A stretch of DNA of 64,000 nucleotides from Pecten maximus (Eukaryota). The stretch is from assembly GCF_902652985.1 (NCBI RefSeq), contig NC_047026.1, positions 3,906,001-3,970,000 on the forward strand. Reading direction: 5' to 3'. The translations under genes were made by a program, and so were the position numbers. Positions 12,390 to 25,000 of the stretch are shown one piece after another. The notes beneath the pieces were generated by a model that was not told the DNA's origin, did not search any database, and was given only the letters and a program-made list of their open reading frames with translations. Within the stretch, counting starts at the first letter, position 1. Every line of letters starts with the position of its first letter.

Positions 12390-13381
12390 TCCACTGAACA
12401 TTTCATAAATAGGGTCCTTTTCAGATAAAATGAGGTCCCTACTTGTGAACAGGTGCATTCTCCTGATGGAATAACACACCTTTTGTGAGCTTTCCGCGGC
12501 GCTTAAGTTTAATATTTTCCCGTATCTGCATCAGAAGTGAAGCATAGTATGTGCCATTGACTGTTTGTCCATTTTGGAAATACTTTATTAGCACAATACC
12601 ATCTGCATCCCAGAAAATCGAGGCCATAACCATCCCAGCTGATGGAATAGTATTTGCCTTCGATTCTTTGGCGGGGAGAGTGAGGATGCTTCCATCGTTT
12701 CGATTCTTGTTTGGCCTCTAGGGTAATTTCTGGACCCATGTTTCATTCAAAGTGGCAAATATCTGAAGAAAGTTGGCAGGATCTTCCTCAAAAAGGTTAA
12801 GATTAGCACGCGATAATGTGCGCCTGGTGTGCTTCTGATCAACTGTCAGAAGTCTTGGGACCCATCGGGCCGAAAGCTTTCTCATTGCAAGATCCTCGGT
12901 CAGAATGAAATGTACTCTTTCCTGTGAAATGCCAACTCTACTGGCTATGTATCTTTCTGTGACTCGCCTGTCAGTCATAACAATATCATGAACTTTATTG
13001 ACCAATTCTGGGTTGCAACATTGACAGGCTCATCCTCAAGGCTCTGTCGGCCGCGCTTAAATTCCGCCACCCACCTTTTCACTGTAGCATATGAAGGGGC
13101 GTCTTTCTTTAGTGTTGCTACCATATCATTATGGATATCCTGAGGTGTTAAACCTTTTTATGCAATTATTGGATCGCTGCTCTTTCACAGATTTTGTCCA
13201 TTTTGCAAAAGCCGCTTGTCTTGTTTAATTTAGAGTGCTACCTTGTCGATATAAACTAACCAAATGAGACCAGTCCTTAAGTGCACGGCCCTATATAGTC
13301 GGAGAATAGTAGGACTTAAAAAGAAGACCATTGAGTACCTCCTTCAATACGAGACTCACAACATATCAATCATCCCTCGTA
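12390..13381 (-). mobile_element. Degenerate mariner (Tc1/mariner) element with frameshifted transposase pseudogene; one TIR retained
   Basis: ATG at 13201; HTH region, RKLSARWVPRLLT (WVPHEL-type motif), NETWV, VMASIFWDADG, VLFHQENAPVH; terminal TA+CGAGGGATGATTGATATG on minus strand at 13381-13360; 3' part deleted, second TIR not seen. Confidence 0.9.
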
Positions 13382-14084
13382 TATTAGATGGTATTACTTA
13401 TGTATAATATGTTGAGAGCCTATATGAATTTGATTTGATTTGATTTTTATTGATTTTCATAAAAACTAACGAAAAACCAGTGGAGGCAATTCAACGTTCA
13501 TGCAGTTGAGTGGTCACAATAATGTTGACAACATGAATAATTACAGTGACATCCAGAAATGTTCGAACTTCTACAAAATGTCCCCCGAATATATCTTTAA
13601 CAAGTCTGTTTCGTCACCAATTTCTCTTAGTGAACCGGCAATGTGAAATTCCAGAAATGAAAACGCGGTTGCATCTATGAAAATCCAATGTCATGGTAAT
13701 CTGGAGATTGTCAAAATCACAGGAATGTTTTCTTGGGCGGCACGTTTAATATTACCTTTCAATTATCATTCACTATGCGACTGAGTCATAACATCAATAT
13801 TGGTACCTGGTACCGGCTTTACTAGAAATTACTGTGATACCAGGAACGGAGCAATGGGACTGCAAGTGATATTTTGTGTGGTTTCAAAACACATATGATC
13901 AGTTCAACGTGGAACATAACATCGCCGTTTGTAACGACTCTTTGGATTGGCTGATAATGGTGGCAAATTAATTTGTAGAGAAAAGATGCCATCAATAAAA
14001 GTGGATTTCAAGAGCATTGATAATAGTAAATTAAGGACTAGCTTGAATATATTTTATGTTACAGAATAGAATACAAAAAAATGT

Positions 14085-14525
14085 GTAATTAAACCACTTC
14101 CCCTCCTTCAGCAAATGGTGGGCTATTCAAATCGCCTTGCGTCCACGGTCCGTGGGTCATCCATCCGTCCGTAAACTTACTGAAGGGTTATTTTTCAAAC
14201 TCAATGTTTATGTTCCCTTTTATCCGTAGTTGTGCCAATCTAATTTAGATTTTTTATTAGAAAACAAAAACAAAATGGCCGATAGGAAGCTATCTTTGAT
14301 TTTGAGAATTGAAGTTCGCTATTGCTATTTCTTGAAAAAATTTTGAGGAATATTCCTCAAACTTCATGTGTGTAGATTCCACTTATTCCCAAGCTGTACC
14401 AATTAAGTTTAGATTTTTGATCAGAAAAACAAAATAGCCTACAGGCGACCATCTTGGATTTTGATATTTGAAGTTTGTTATCACTATTTCTTGAAAATTA
14501 CTGGAGGGATATTCCTCAAACGCTA
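14085..14525 (-). mobile_element. Helentron/HINE-type non-autonomous element remnant
   Basis: GGTGGGCTATTCAAATCGCC and (CCGT)n match the reverse complement of the 3' end of the 47757-49547 element; two degenerate internal repeats. Confidence 0.65.
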
Positions 14526-14889
14526 TTAACTATCAAATCAGTGTTTGTCAGGTCCCGATTTTATTTAATGACATTAATTCTAATAATGCTTCTTTAAATT
14601 CTAATAATGCTTCCTTAAATTATATCAATGCTTCCTAAATTCTGTAAAACTTTCTAAACTTTGTATTCCTAGGAGAAATTGTAAGCAAAATCTTTATGGC
14701 TTTGGGCCTTTTGGTTATTGAGAAGTCACTTAAAGATTTTAATATATCTGACCCTTGTGGCTTTGGGAGCCCTTCATCCCAATATGCTGCAGGCACAATA
14801 TCAGGACGCGATCCTATTGCTAATTGAGAAGTTGTTTAATGGGAAAGGTCCACTCCGGCTGGATGTCTGGATGACTGCCGATGCGCAAC

Positions 14890-15490
14890 GGCATCAGCCC
14901 CATGGGCCTTAACGGTCATCTGACCTTAACAGACCCCAGTACTATTGTAGTATACATACTCAGTAGCAGTACAGTGGTACTGACAAAAATTGGGATTAAG
15001 CAACACTATATGCTGGCCATGGCAACCATCTTGGATTTTGGACAGACTCAAAAAAAAAATATAAAAAACACGTATTCAGGATCATCATTTAAGACAAGTT
15101 TGAGTTGAAACCAACTGGTGGAACTCAAGAAGAAGTTTGCAATGCGTTTTTCAAAGGGATTTGAGACCGTACTTAAAACACATGTCCAAGACCATCTCAG
15201 GATTATTCCACGCAACTTGAGCTGAATCCCACTGGTGGAACTTATGAAGTTTAAATCATGTTTTTCTTAAGATGGCAACTATGGCGCCATCTTTGATTTT
15301 GGAACTACCCAAAAAATAACAACTCTTGGTTCGGATCATCTCGGAATCATTTCAGGCAAGCTTGAGCTGAATCCCACATGTTCAACTTAGGAAGAATTTT
15401 GAAATGTGAAAAGTTTACGCATGGAATATGACGGACAATTAGGGATGGAGCAGAATGGCTGTAGGCCTTTGGGTCAGATGACATAACAAC
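14890..15490 (+). mobile_element. Helentron/HINE-type non-autonomous element remnant
   Basis: 5' GCCCCATGGGCC palindrome, internal degenerate repeats with CCATCTTGGATTTTGG, GACGGAC microsatellite near the 3' end. Confidence 0.55.
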
Positions 15491-18400
15491 AGAAATGAGA
15501 CAATTCGTGAAATTGACAACACTTTATTTGGAATGTATAGATTACATAATGTCTATATAATTTTTGTTACATAACAACAACCAGCATTTTATTAAATTGT
15601 TACAAAACCCAAATTCTGTTTACTACTAGGCACTAATCCTTCATTATTCTTGTGAAGTTTTCAAACAAACGCTTATTTTCAGAAGTAACCAACTGAATGT
15701 TGACAGATCATGAAACATAAACATTTTGATACTTAAAAAATTTCAACGAGAACGATGGAATTTTAGTGATAAGCTTCTTTGTACAACAAATTCAAAGGAA
15801 TAAAATACTTTCTGTAAAGATACATAACCTGTATCATATCTTTTCTTTAATCTCAATATTTTGTCTTAAATATTTTTCTTCAAAAAGAAAAAAAATCAAC
15901 AATATAATAAAATTGAGTCATTAAACAAAATGTGTATGGTATATTATATATACCAGTAAAATCTTTATGTAAATGCATTTGGCAATATATAATTTTTTGT
16001 ATAAGATAAAATCATTTAAAAGAAATTTTCCTTTTTGCACCAAAGTCACGATTTCGATAATAATTATTATTTCCTGTGTTCTACTAAACGAGTACTAATG
16101 ACTAGAAACCAGATTTAAAATCGAAGTTTTGTAATGTGGGAACGCATCCTATACAATAAACATCAAACAAATCCCATGGTACCCTTGTCTACACAGAGAA
16201 GATGTTTTATATAAAAACAAATTAGAAACCAGCAGAAAACAAAAATTGATAAAAGATTAAATAACTGACAACTTGACATAAAATTAATATTGTCTCTTTA
16301 CCTAGAAACACTTTGTCATGGCTGTCATCTGCTCAAACTTGAAATTATAATGATTGTGGGAAAAAAATTCTTTTATCAGTGAACTCCACTTCTAAAATGT
16401 TCAGAGCTAACAAAATTAACAATTTTCATGGAACAGATTTGTATCTTTAAGTAATACTTTACAATGTCCCAAATAATTAACAAAAACAGTTAAATAATTA
16501 TCTTAAAATGCTGTGGTATGCTACTGTATTGCCAGAGAGGACAAGGTAGATAACTCCGCATTTGGGGTTACCATGGTTACATACATACATAGACTAGACT
16601 TAACACACAGTTGAGCTGCCTTCCATACTGTAAGTGTAACAGTAATAATTACGCAACATGTCGGAGTAAGGAAAAACAAAAAATTATTCAGCAGCATGAC
16701 AAAATTATATATGACAGATAAAACAGTTTAGAAAATACACAAAGAACTACTGTTACCTGTTTTATTTATTGAGGTAAAATATTAAAATGCAAGTTCCAGT
16801 TGACGGGCTATTTTTTGTATGAATTTGACACCGTCGTCCCAAGATACATCTGAATACCAATAATAATTAAATTTGGACGTAGATTTATGTAACAAACAAT
16901 GTTATCCCACAACAAACTTGCATGATAGGAAGACAAAGTCAAATATTTGTGAATTAAGACGGTGTGCAAACTTACAGCCGTCCTGCAGTTGGGTGGAAGA
17001 CACGGTTTCCCAGGTAGATGTAGTTCATTTTTCTGTGACAATGAAGCTATCATTCATTTTAAAGTATAAATCTGGTTTAAATGCTGAACACAATCTTAAT
17101 AGCAAAACATTAAAAGCACTATTTAAGTTTAATTATCAAAGGGGCATTCCTTCGTTTCAATAAAGTTTAGGTCATCAAAATTAAACTTACTGGAAAATAT
17201 ATATTTTCCCCAAGTAGTAAAAGTTATAATCTTCACATTGATAAAGCAGTTTTACTCTAAAGATTAACCAAAGTTTTTGAGTAATAAGTCTTGAAAATTC
17301 TTAATTTGACCCGAAGTAACACTAATTACCGCAAAGACATACCGTATTTGTATTTTTCCCTGTACATTTCGGCGTTAATTTCATTACTTGTAGGCACAAA
17401 CACTCATATAATCATCATTCGGACATAGATTTCATCAATAGGAATTGTGCATGTTTCTGATGTCTGAACGAAGGAATGTCCATTCAAGCACTTTTATCAC
17501 ATTTAATGAAGTAAACTATGTTACCTTGTAACTATTTTTCTTAAATAATGTTCATGACATTTAGAGATACCTGTATCACACTTTCAAGTATTTACATGGA
17601 AGTCCATCATTTTCTTTTGAGATTAAATATTCCACCAAATATAACTTATCTCAACTGTATGCTTACAAAAAAACAAAGGGTACTAACTAATATTATAACA
17701 GTTTCTCAGGAAAATTTTAACATGTGATATCAGTATTGGGGATAAATTCTCTGAAAATAAAAGTCTGGTTATTAAAGATAAGACTGTATGGTGTTTGTAT
17801 TGGAAGATTATTGCATTTAGCAACATTTTCATGAGCTTCAAGAACATACATCTAATTAACCCAGAAAACAAATTTTGGTATGCTTTAATATTGGGGCAAG
17901 TGATAATTTTAGGTTAAATTCGGTAGCAGAAATATTATTATGTGCAGTACTTAGTGGTGAGAGTGTCTAGAAAACCAACACAGTACAGAATGAGGATTGA
18001 TTAAGATCACTGTTAAATCTACCTAGTACGATATATACTACACACATCTGGAAATACTTATCCTCAACATATCTATCTCAAATCATCTACACCTTGTTCG
18101 TCACAGAAACAGCTTCAGGACTCCATTTTTACCACAAAATTCAACGCATTACACTACATTTCAAGTCTAGTATTATTTTTTTTTGTGTCAGGGCGAAAAA
18201 AAGGAAAGAAATACATGTATTATTAAGGAGATCTTTTCACGTCCACACTTTCATGGTGTGATTTTTTTTCTACAACACAAACATTTTTTTTCAACAACAT
18301 GTATACAACCTATTTCTCTAAAAAAAAACAATGAAAGGCTACCTACAACTCCCACATAACACAACATTTATACAGACATGACCTACATTTACTCATTCAG

Positions 18401-18579
18401 CACTTTGGTTCTACAATTAATAGATACAAATATGGGACAATCTAATATTGTTTGATTAAATACCTGAACACTTCGTCCCAAACCGCATTCGATAATGGAA
18501 AAATTTATCAACCTACACCCATAGCTCTTAAATGTTGAACAGTTCATTGTAAACAAGATAACAATTTCAATAGATAAAA

Positions 18580-18880
18580 ATACAGTGATTCTGAAACATT
18601 GTAATACTGTATGTAAATATGATTGTATAATTGGTATTCCATTGTTTCATTATTCTATTGTTACAGTATTCTATTGTAACAGTATTTCATCGTAAGAAAT
18701 AACAGCATGATTTTCCTTTGTTTATAAAAAATACAATGATTCTGAAACATTGTAATACTGTATGCAAACATGATTTTGTAATTGGTATTCCATTGTTACA
18801 GTATTTCATTGTTACAGTATTACATTGTTACAGTATTTCATTGTAAGAAATAATAGTATGATTTTCCTCTGTTTATACAA
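18580..18880. repeat. ~150-bp direct duplication with internal ATTGTTACAGT units, downstream of the QDPR stop (likely 3' UTR)
   Basis: TGATTCTGAAACATTGTAATACTGTATG occurs at ~18586 and ~18737. Confidence 0.7.
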
Positions 18881-19044
18881 TGGGTATGGTTTTAATCTTC
18901 ATCCTCAGCAACAATAGCAATATTTACATAAAGCCAAACTTGTGTACGTAACTGTTAGCTACGATCCGGACACCAGGGGAAATGGGGATAATACAGATGA
19001 CAGACTATACATGGACATTGTTCGTTCGACTGTGTTGTCCGAGA

Positions 19045-22000
19045 TCATGCTGGAGACACCTCGGTGACGTTATCTTTCGTGACCAGTTTCATCAAGCTTC
19101 CGTTGGCTGGTCTTTCACCGCCAGTCATCCATTTGTCAAAAAGCCTGACAAAAGAATTTGAAATAAAACTATATATACTGAAAATACTGACAGCAGTGTT
19201 CCAGCTAGGTCGGTTAGCAGGGCGCGGCGCCCTGCCCCTATTTCAAAGTTAGAAATGCGCCCCGCCCCTTTTCCTGTAGTACTGCCCTTTTTCTAAGTGT
19301 CATTGATGCTCATTTTGCCTCGTATACTCTAGATCCTATTTGCTGAAGCCATGCAATATACAGTCACTAATTGGCCACCTGTAACACTAGTCCCCTTACC
19401 TGTGTTAGACCCTTATCCACGGTACTGATGGACGCTGCCCGAGGCAGAGATCGGTCAGCTGGGGATCGAGCTGGTGTTTTAATAGATTCATTTAACCGTG
19501 ACGAGTCGATAGGATCGGTTGGTAATCCAATTAAATCATAATCACGAAGGCTTTTTGAAGATGGACAAAGTAATGATAATGGATGGAAATGTAGTTTTAC
19601 TTATGTAAACAACTTTTGACAAGACCGAAAAGAGCCGCACGTTTGTCGTAAAGTTATCCCATGAGGACGTGTGCATTGGCGATCGATCTATATATCTTTG
19701 AAATTTTCTTCACGTGACAACACGAAATCCTTCTGGTTTTAACCAAGCAACTTTTAGGTAAATGATCATGAGATCACTTTCCAGTGATTTTCCAGTGATC
19801 AAAATTAGCTTTCGGTTTATTTTATTTGATGAAGTTTGGCGGGACGCCGGAAATGGTTCGTTGTAAATGCAGATGTCGCAAATTCCTTGTTGGATTGACG
19901 GATTTCTATACAAAATGTTATTTTTCATAAATAAATAAAGGACATATAAAAATATCTGCTCATGTGAATAATGGTTGCAAAAGTTTAGTTTATATTGTGT
20001 TATTTTCGTATCTGAAATGCCGACTCTGCATTAACTGCGGGTCATGTGATATTTCTGCAACACGCGGGGACCATTTGTTTACGAGAGCAACGGAACAAAT
20101 GTTTGATCAGAAACTTGCAAATCATGACCGGCCCTAATTTGTTTACCATTTCTTATAATTAATTCAAGAAAATGTTACCTGCCCTTTTCAAATCCTAGCT
20201 GGAACACTGACAGACATGTTGTAATTTCCTGTAAAATGTGTCATGTAAGATGCATATGTAGACACATGTATGTAACCCTGGTAAATACTAGCCGCAATAT
20301 ACTGCTCGGCTAGAGAGATCTTCTCTTTAGCTCGATCAGTTGAGCGTAAGACTAGTAAGCCAGAGGTCCCGGGTTTGATCCCTAGCGGAGGCATTGATAT
20401 ATAAATCTAATTCATCATGTGCTCACCAGAAACCAATCAATCCATAATGATTCGCAAAATTCCATTCTAGTAGAAGAGTTGTGGTTTAATGCTTTGTAAC
20501 AATAATTTCAGATGTAGCAGACAACACTTGTCTTTGTTAACATAGAAAGTTAGTCATCACAAAAACATTTTAAGTAAGATCTTACCCTGCGACAAACTCC
20601 AATGGGGTCCAAGTGGAGAAGTCCGCCTCTGACATAAACTTACGGTTCATGGGAGTATCAAGAGTCATTCTGAAACATCAAACATTTAATACATCCAATA
20701 TTGCTTCATTTTAAACATTATAAACAAGAGGCCCATGGGCCTTATGAGTCACTGGAGTTTTAATATCTTACAGTTTTGTTTGGTTTGGTTTATTTTGTTT
20801 AACGTCCTGTTAACAGCCAGGGTCATTTAAGGACGTGCCAGGTTTTGGAGGTGGAGGAAAGCCAGAGTACCCGGAGAAAAACCTGACAACTGCCCCACAT
20901 ATGTTTCAGTTGCCAATTTGACTCATTTTAGCTCCGCCAAAACAGCCACTGAAATTTAGTCAGGGCCAATATGTGCATACCAAAAAACTGCCATCTCATA
21001 CTGATAACACTAACCAAGTTTTAAACATTTCCAATACAAAGCAACCCAAGGATGCAGCCAATGTAAAGGTTACCCTCACAGGGGGAAACATGAGACCCCT
21101 GGGTCATGAAATTCACAATTTTGATAAAGCACTTTCAGACCCTCCTATCTATGAAAAGTATTTGATTCTACCATATCTGGTATATGTGACAAAGTTTTGA
21201 TAAGGTGAACCCATGTGCCAAGTATGAAGATCCTGTAACAAGTAATACATGTAGGAGATAGGACAAAGGTCAAAATGTAGGTCACAGTGACCTACTTTTG
21301 ATAAATGACGCACCATCTCACCTAGGTGAATCCATGCCCCAAGTATGAAAATGTAGGAAATAGCACCCGGACAAGACAAAGTGTGGAAGGAAGGACAGAT
21401 GGAAGGACGAAAGAAAGGATGGACACAATTCAAAACTATCGCCCTCCCCCCCCCCCCCCCCCCCTCCAGTTCCCAAAGGGGTTCATGGTATTACTCTCAA
21501 AGTTTGAAAAAAAAACAACAATACATTGTCCAGCAAGTTCCTGTCTAGCACAGATGGACAGACAGTGCTGGACAGACAGATGAGCAGATTGTAGTATACC
21601 AATTCCTTCACTACTTGAGTTATGATGTTAACTCTTTTCATACTTTGTGTTCTTTCCGGATTCTGTACCAGAAGTAGTTATTAGGCTCACCCAAGAAGTT
21701 TAAACAAAATGGCAGACTACATGGGCATTTTTGATGTTTTGTTTTTTTATACAGAAACACAAAGGTTAGTGTTATATTTGGACATTGAGAAATATTTAAC
21801 TGTATTAGATCTAGATGTCTCATTGAACACTCTGAAACGTCCTAGACACTGATATTTAAAATGAAAATGTAGCAAGCTGCCATATTGTTTACATTAATAA
21901 CCTATTGAGAAAATATCACCTATTAATCTAGTGGAAAAAAGTAACTTGAACGAAATAAACACGAAATTATCAACCAAAATGTTTGTTTTAAAAGTCTTAA

Positions 22001-25000
22001 ACACCTTTTATATGTCATTGTATTGGATATTTGCATGTGTTGGGTGCTGTTTTTAACAAATCAACTTTTAAATAAGGTCAGCTTAGTCTGTCGCCTATAG
22101 TCGACAGAGGGTAAGAGGGAGCTTGGAATTATGTCGACTATAGTCGACAACGGGGAAGAGGGGGGGGGGCACATTTTTATGTCGACTATAGTCGACAACG
22201 GTACTGAAAGAGTTAAAGACTATACTTACGGCAGGACGGCGACAGTCAAGGAATTAGCTGGCATACCACTCTTATCACAGGCCAAACTTTTGACTAGCTG
22301 ATGAACGGCAGCCTTGGCCATGCCATACCCAATCATTCCTGTAAAATCAAGCAAACATCTTGTACTTCTATAAATCTAGGTCTACTTTTCCCTTAATGAA
22401 AGAAATTAACTCTTATTTTGCTTTTTTTTTTTAACTTTTACATTGCTCTGCAAATTTCAGTGTTTTTTTTATCCTGCTCCTACCCCAAATTGATAAGTTA
22501 AAAGGGATCGGGTTTAATACACTGGATATGCACAGAGCTTATATATTTAGGCATTAATGAGATACATCACATGTAAAAATTCATCTTAGGACTGATGAAC
22601 TATAGGACATTACATAAAACCATAGCAACCAGATATATATCACATCATAGGTTTTCTTTTGGTCACTATAGCAACATTTACGTATATGATATATTTGCCA
22701 TTCCTCAAAACTATTATACCAATTTTAAGCTTAACTGGACAATATCTCAATTTCGGCTGATCAGAAGCCTCTGTTATGTTTCAACAGTAACGTTTCTGGA
22801 AACATATCCATTGATAAATTACACTACTTAACCAAGTTTGAACAAGGAATTAGGTCTGTTTCACTAAGTGGCTAGTACTTTAATGCATCTGCGACCTTTG
22901 ACACCATGACCTCTGGAGTGTGTCAGAAGTGAAGCTTACATCCATCTCTACAATTTTCCAAGACAATTAGCCGAGGGAGACACAAGAACATGTCATGAAT
23001 AACAAAGAAGATCCATTGAAATCCTGTTATAGGTGTTACAAAATTGTTACACTCTTACAATGGGTCTATAAATATTTTTTATTTATTTTAGTTTAATAAA
23101 AGTTTATAAAGTGTGGTTAGAGGCCAGAGAACCAGATATGTCCTAAGGGAGGTAACTCTTACAATGGGTCTGTAAAACTTACCTGGTGTACCCTCCAATG
23201 CGGGCATGGCCCCAGGCAGGGTCAGAACTCCACCTTCCTTCAAATGTTTGGCAGCAACGCCTCCCGATATAGCCGAGGTCCATACACTCTGTTTCCACAT
23301 TGCATCAGCATTTTTTATGAAGGCTGAAATATTAATATATGTATATTATTAAGTTATAATAATTAATGGTCGGGTGGCACAGTGGTAAAACACTCGCCTT
23401 CCACCTAGACGGCTGGGGTTTAAAAAGGTTTAGGGTCACCTGCCGGAAGATGTTGTTATGACATCATCACATATTTGGACAGTACATGACATCACAACCA
23501 ATTGTATTGAGGGGTCGCCTAGCTGCGAAAACACTTATACTTGTATGTACCATGGTTTCATTACTTGCGACACATTTAAACAATATTTCCTACATATCTA
23601 TACCTTATACAAGAAGCATACACATGTATATAACACCCTCCCTGCCAAGGAGTTGAACAAACCTCATTGATATAAATTATGATTGCCACCTTCTAATTAT
23701 TTGGTTGTAACTTGTAATCCATTATTGGCATTAAGGAGGAGTAGTGCTTTCAAGCTAATTTTTTTTCAGCTAAGTTTCCTTTACAGGTGCCGAACTCTCC
23801 ATCCCCAGGGGTCGAACCAGTCTCATTTATATATAAATTATGACTGAGCTCCCTCAATGATGTTTCAGACCAAATTTGGTTGTAATTCATTAAGGCTTTA
23901 AGCATTAAGGAAGAGTATCATTTCAAAGGAAAATTTCATCCAAGTTCTCCTTTTCGGGCTTCTTTCCCCAGAGGTCGAACCAGCTTCTTGTATATAAATT
24001 GTGATTCCCCGTCCCAATTAATATATTGGACCAAATTTGGTTGAAATTCACGTTGACATTAAGGAAAAGTAGCATTTGAAAGTAAAAGTTTACGCACGGC
24101 TCACAGCAACAGACTGAAAATGATGGCTACATGTCATTCTGACCATTTGGGTCCGATGACCTAATAATGACAGATCTGATTGCCCTCACCTTTAGCAGCG
24201 GCGTTACCACCTGCCCAGCCACCAGCCACACAGAATACTCCGTCTAACTTGTTACCCTCCAGGAGCCTGTCCATTTCTCCCAATATCTGGGTCTCCTGGT
24301 CCGTCCATGAGTCCTTAGTATTCACCAGAATATTGGCATCAGCTTGTTCATTTGGTGTCAGATCAATTGATCCAACCCACTGCAAAATCAGAAAACATCA
24401 ATTTTCGATAAAACCTTCAACTCCCAAAGCTAGAAATTCAACTTTAGATCTACCACATAAAACAAGACTTAGTAGAAGTGTAGCGGAAGCTGGACCGAGT
24501 CAATCGTCGGCGACCGGGTAGCTCAATCAGTAGAGCGTCTGGCTAGTGTTCGGAGGTCCCGAGTTTGAACCCCGGTCTGGCCGTGCATTTTGCCACTCCT
24601 ATTACATTTGGGGCCTGTGACCAAACCTTGTTTCAAGTGAGGTAAATACTTGACAAGGAGATACCCGAACCTGGGTTGTGAGTTGTGAAGTCTACTGGGT
24701 CGAAGACTTAAAAAAATAGGAGGGAAGAGTGTAGCGGAACTAGACCGGGTCGATCATCAGCGACCAGGTAGCTCAATCGATAGAGCATCCGGCTAGTGTT
24801 CGGAGGTCCCGGGGTTCGAACCCCGGTCTGGCCGTGCATTTTCCCACTCCTATTACAGAAGCATTCTTGCTGATGACTGCTGATGTCTACTGCAGAATCT
24901 TAAGTGAATTTCACCGATAAAAAGCACAATCCACTCTTAATTGTCTGGTATGACAGGCTCCATTCAAAGATCAGCTCTACATAAGTAAAGACTGTTTGGT

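Noticed and set aside
15500-18500. Additional gene between the mariner relic and QDPR
   Set aside because: AT-rich with no credible exons; could be an extended QDPR 3' UTR (minus-strand AATAAA near 15525) but this is not demonstrable from sequence
24510-24840. Two functional tRNA-Thr(AGT) genes (also 43925-44270 and 20320-20390)
   Set aside because: Imperfect acceptor stems, copy-specific mutations, and embedding in LTR pairs with PBS, PPT and TSD; these are TRIM LTRs
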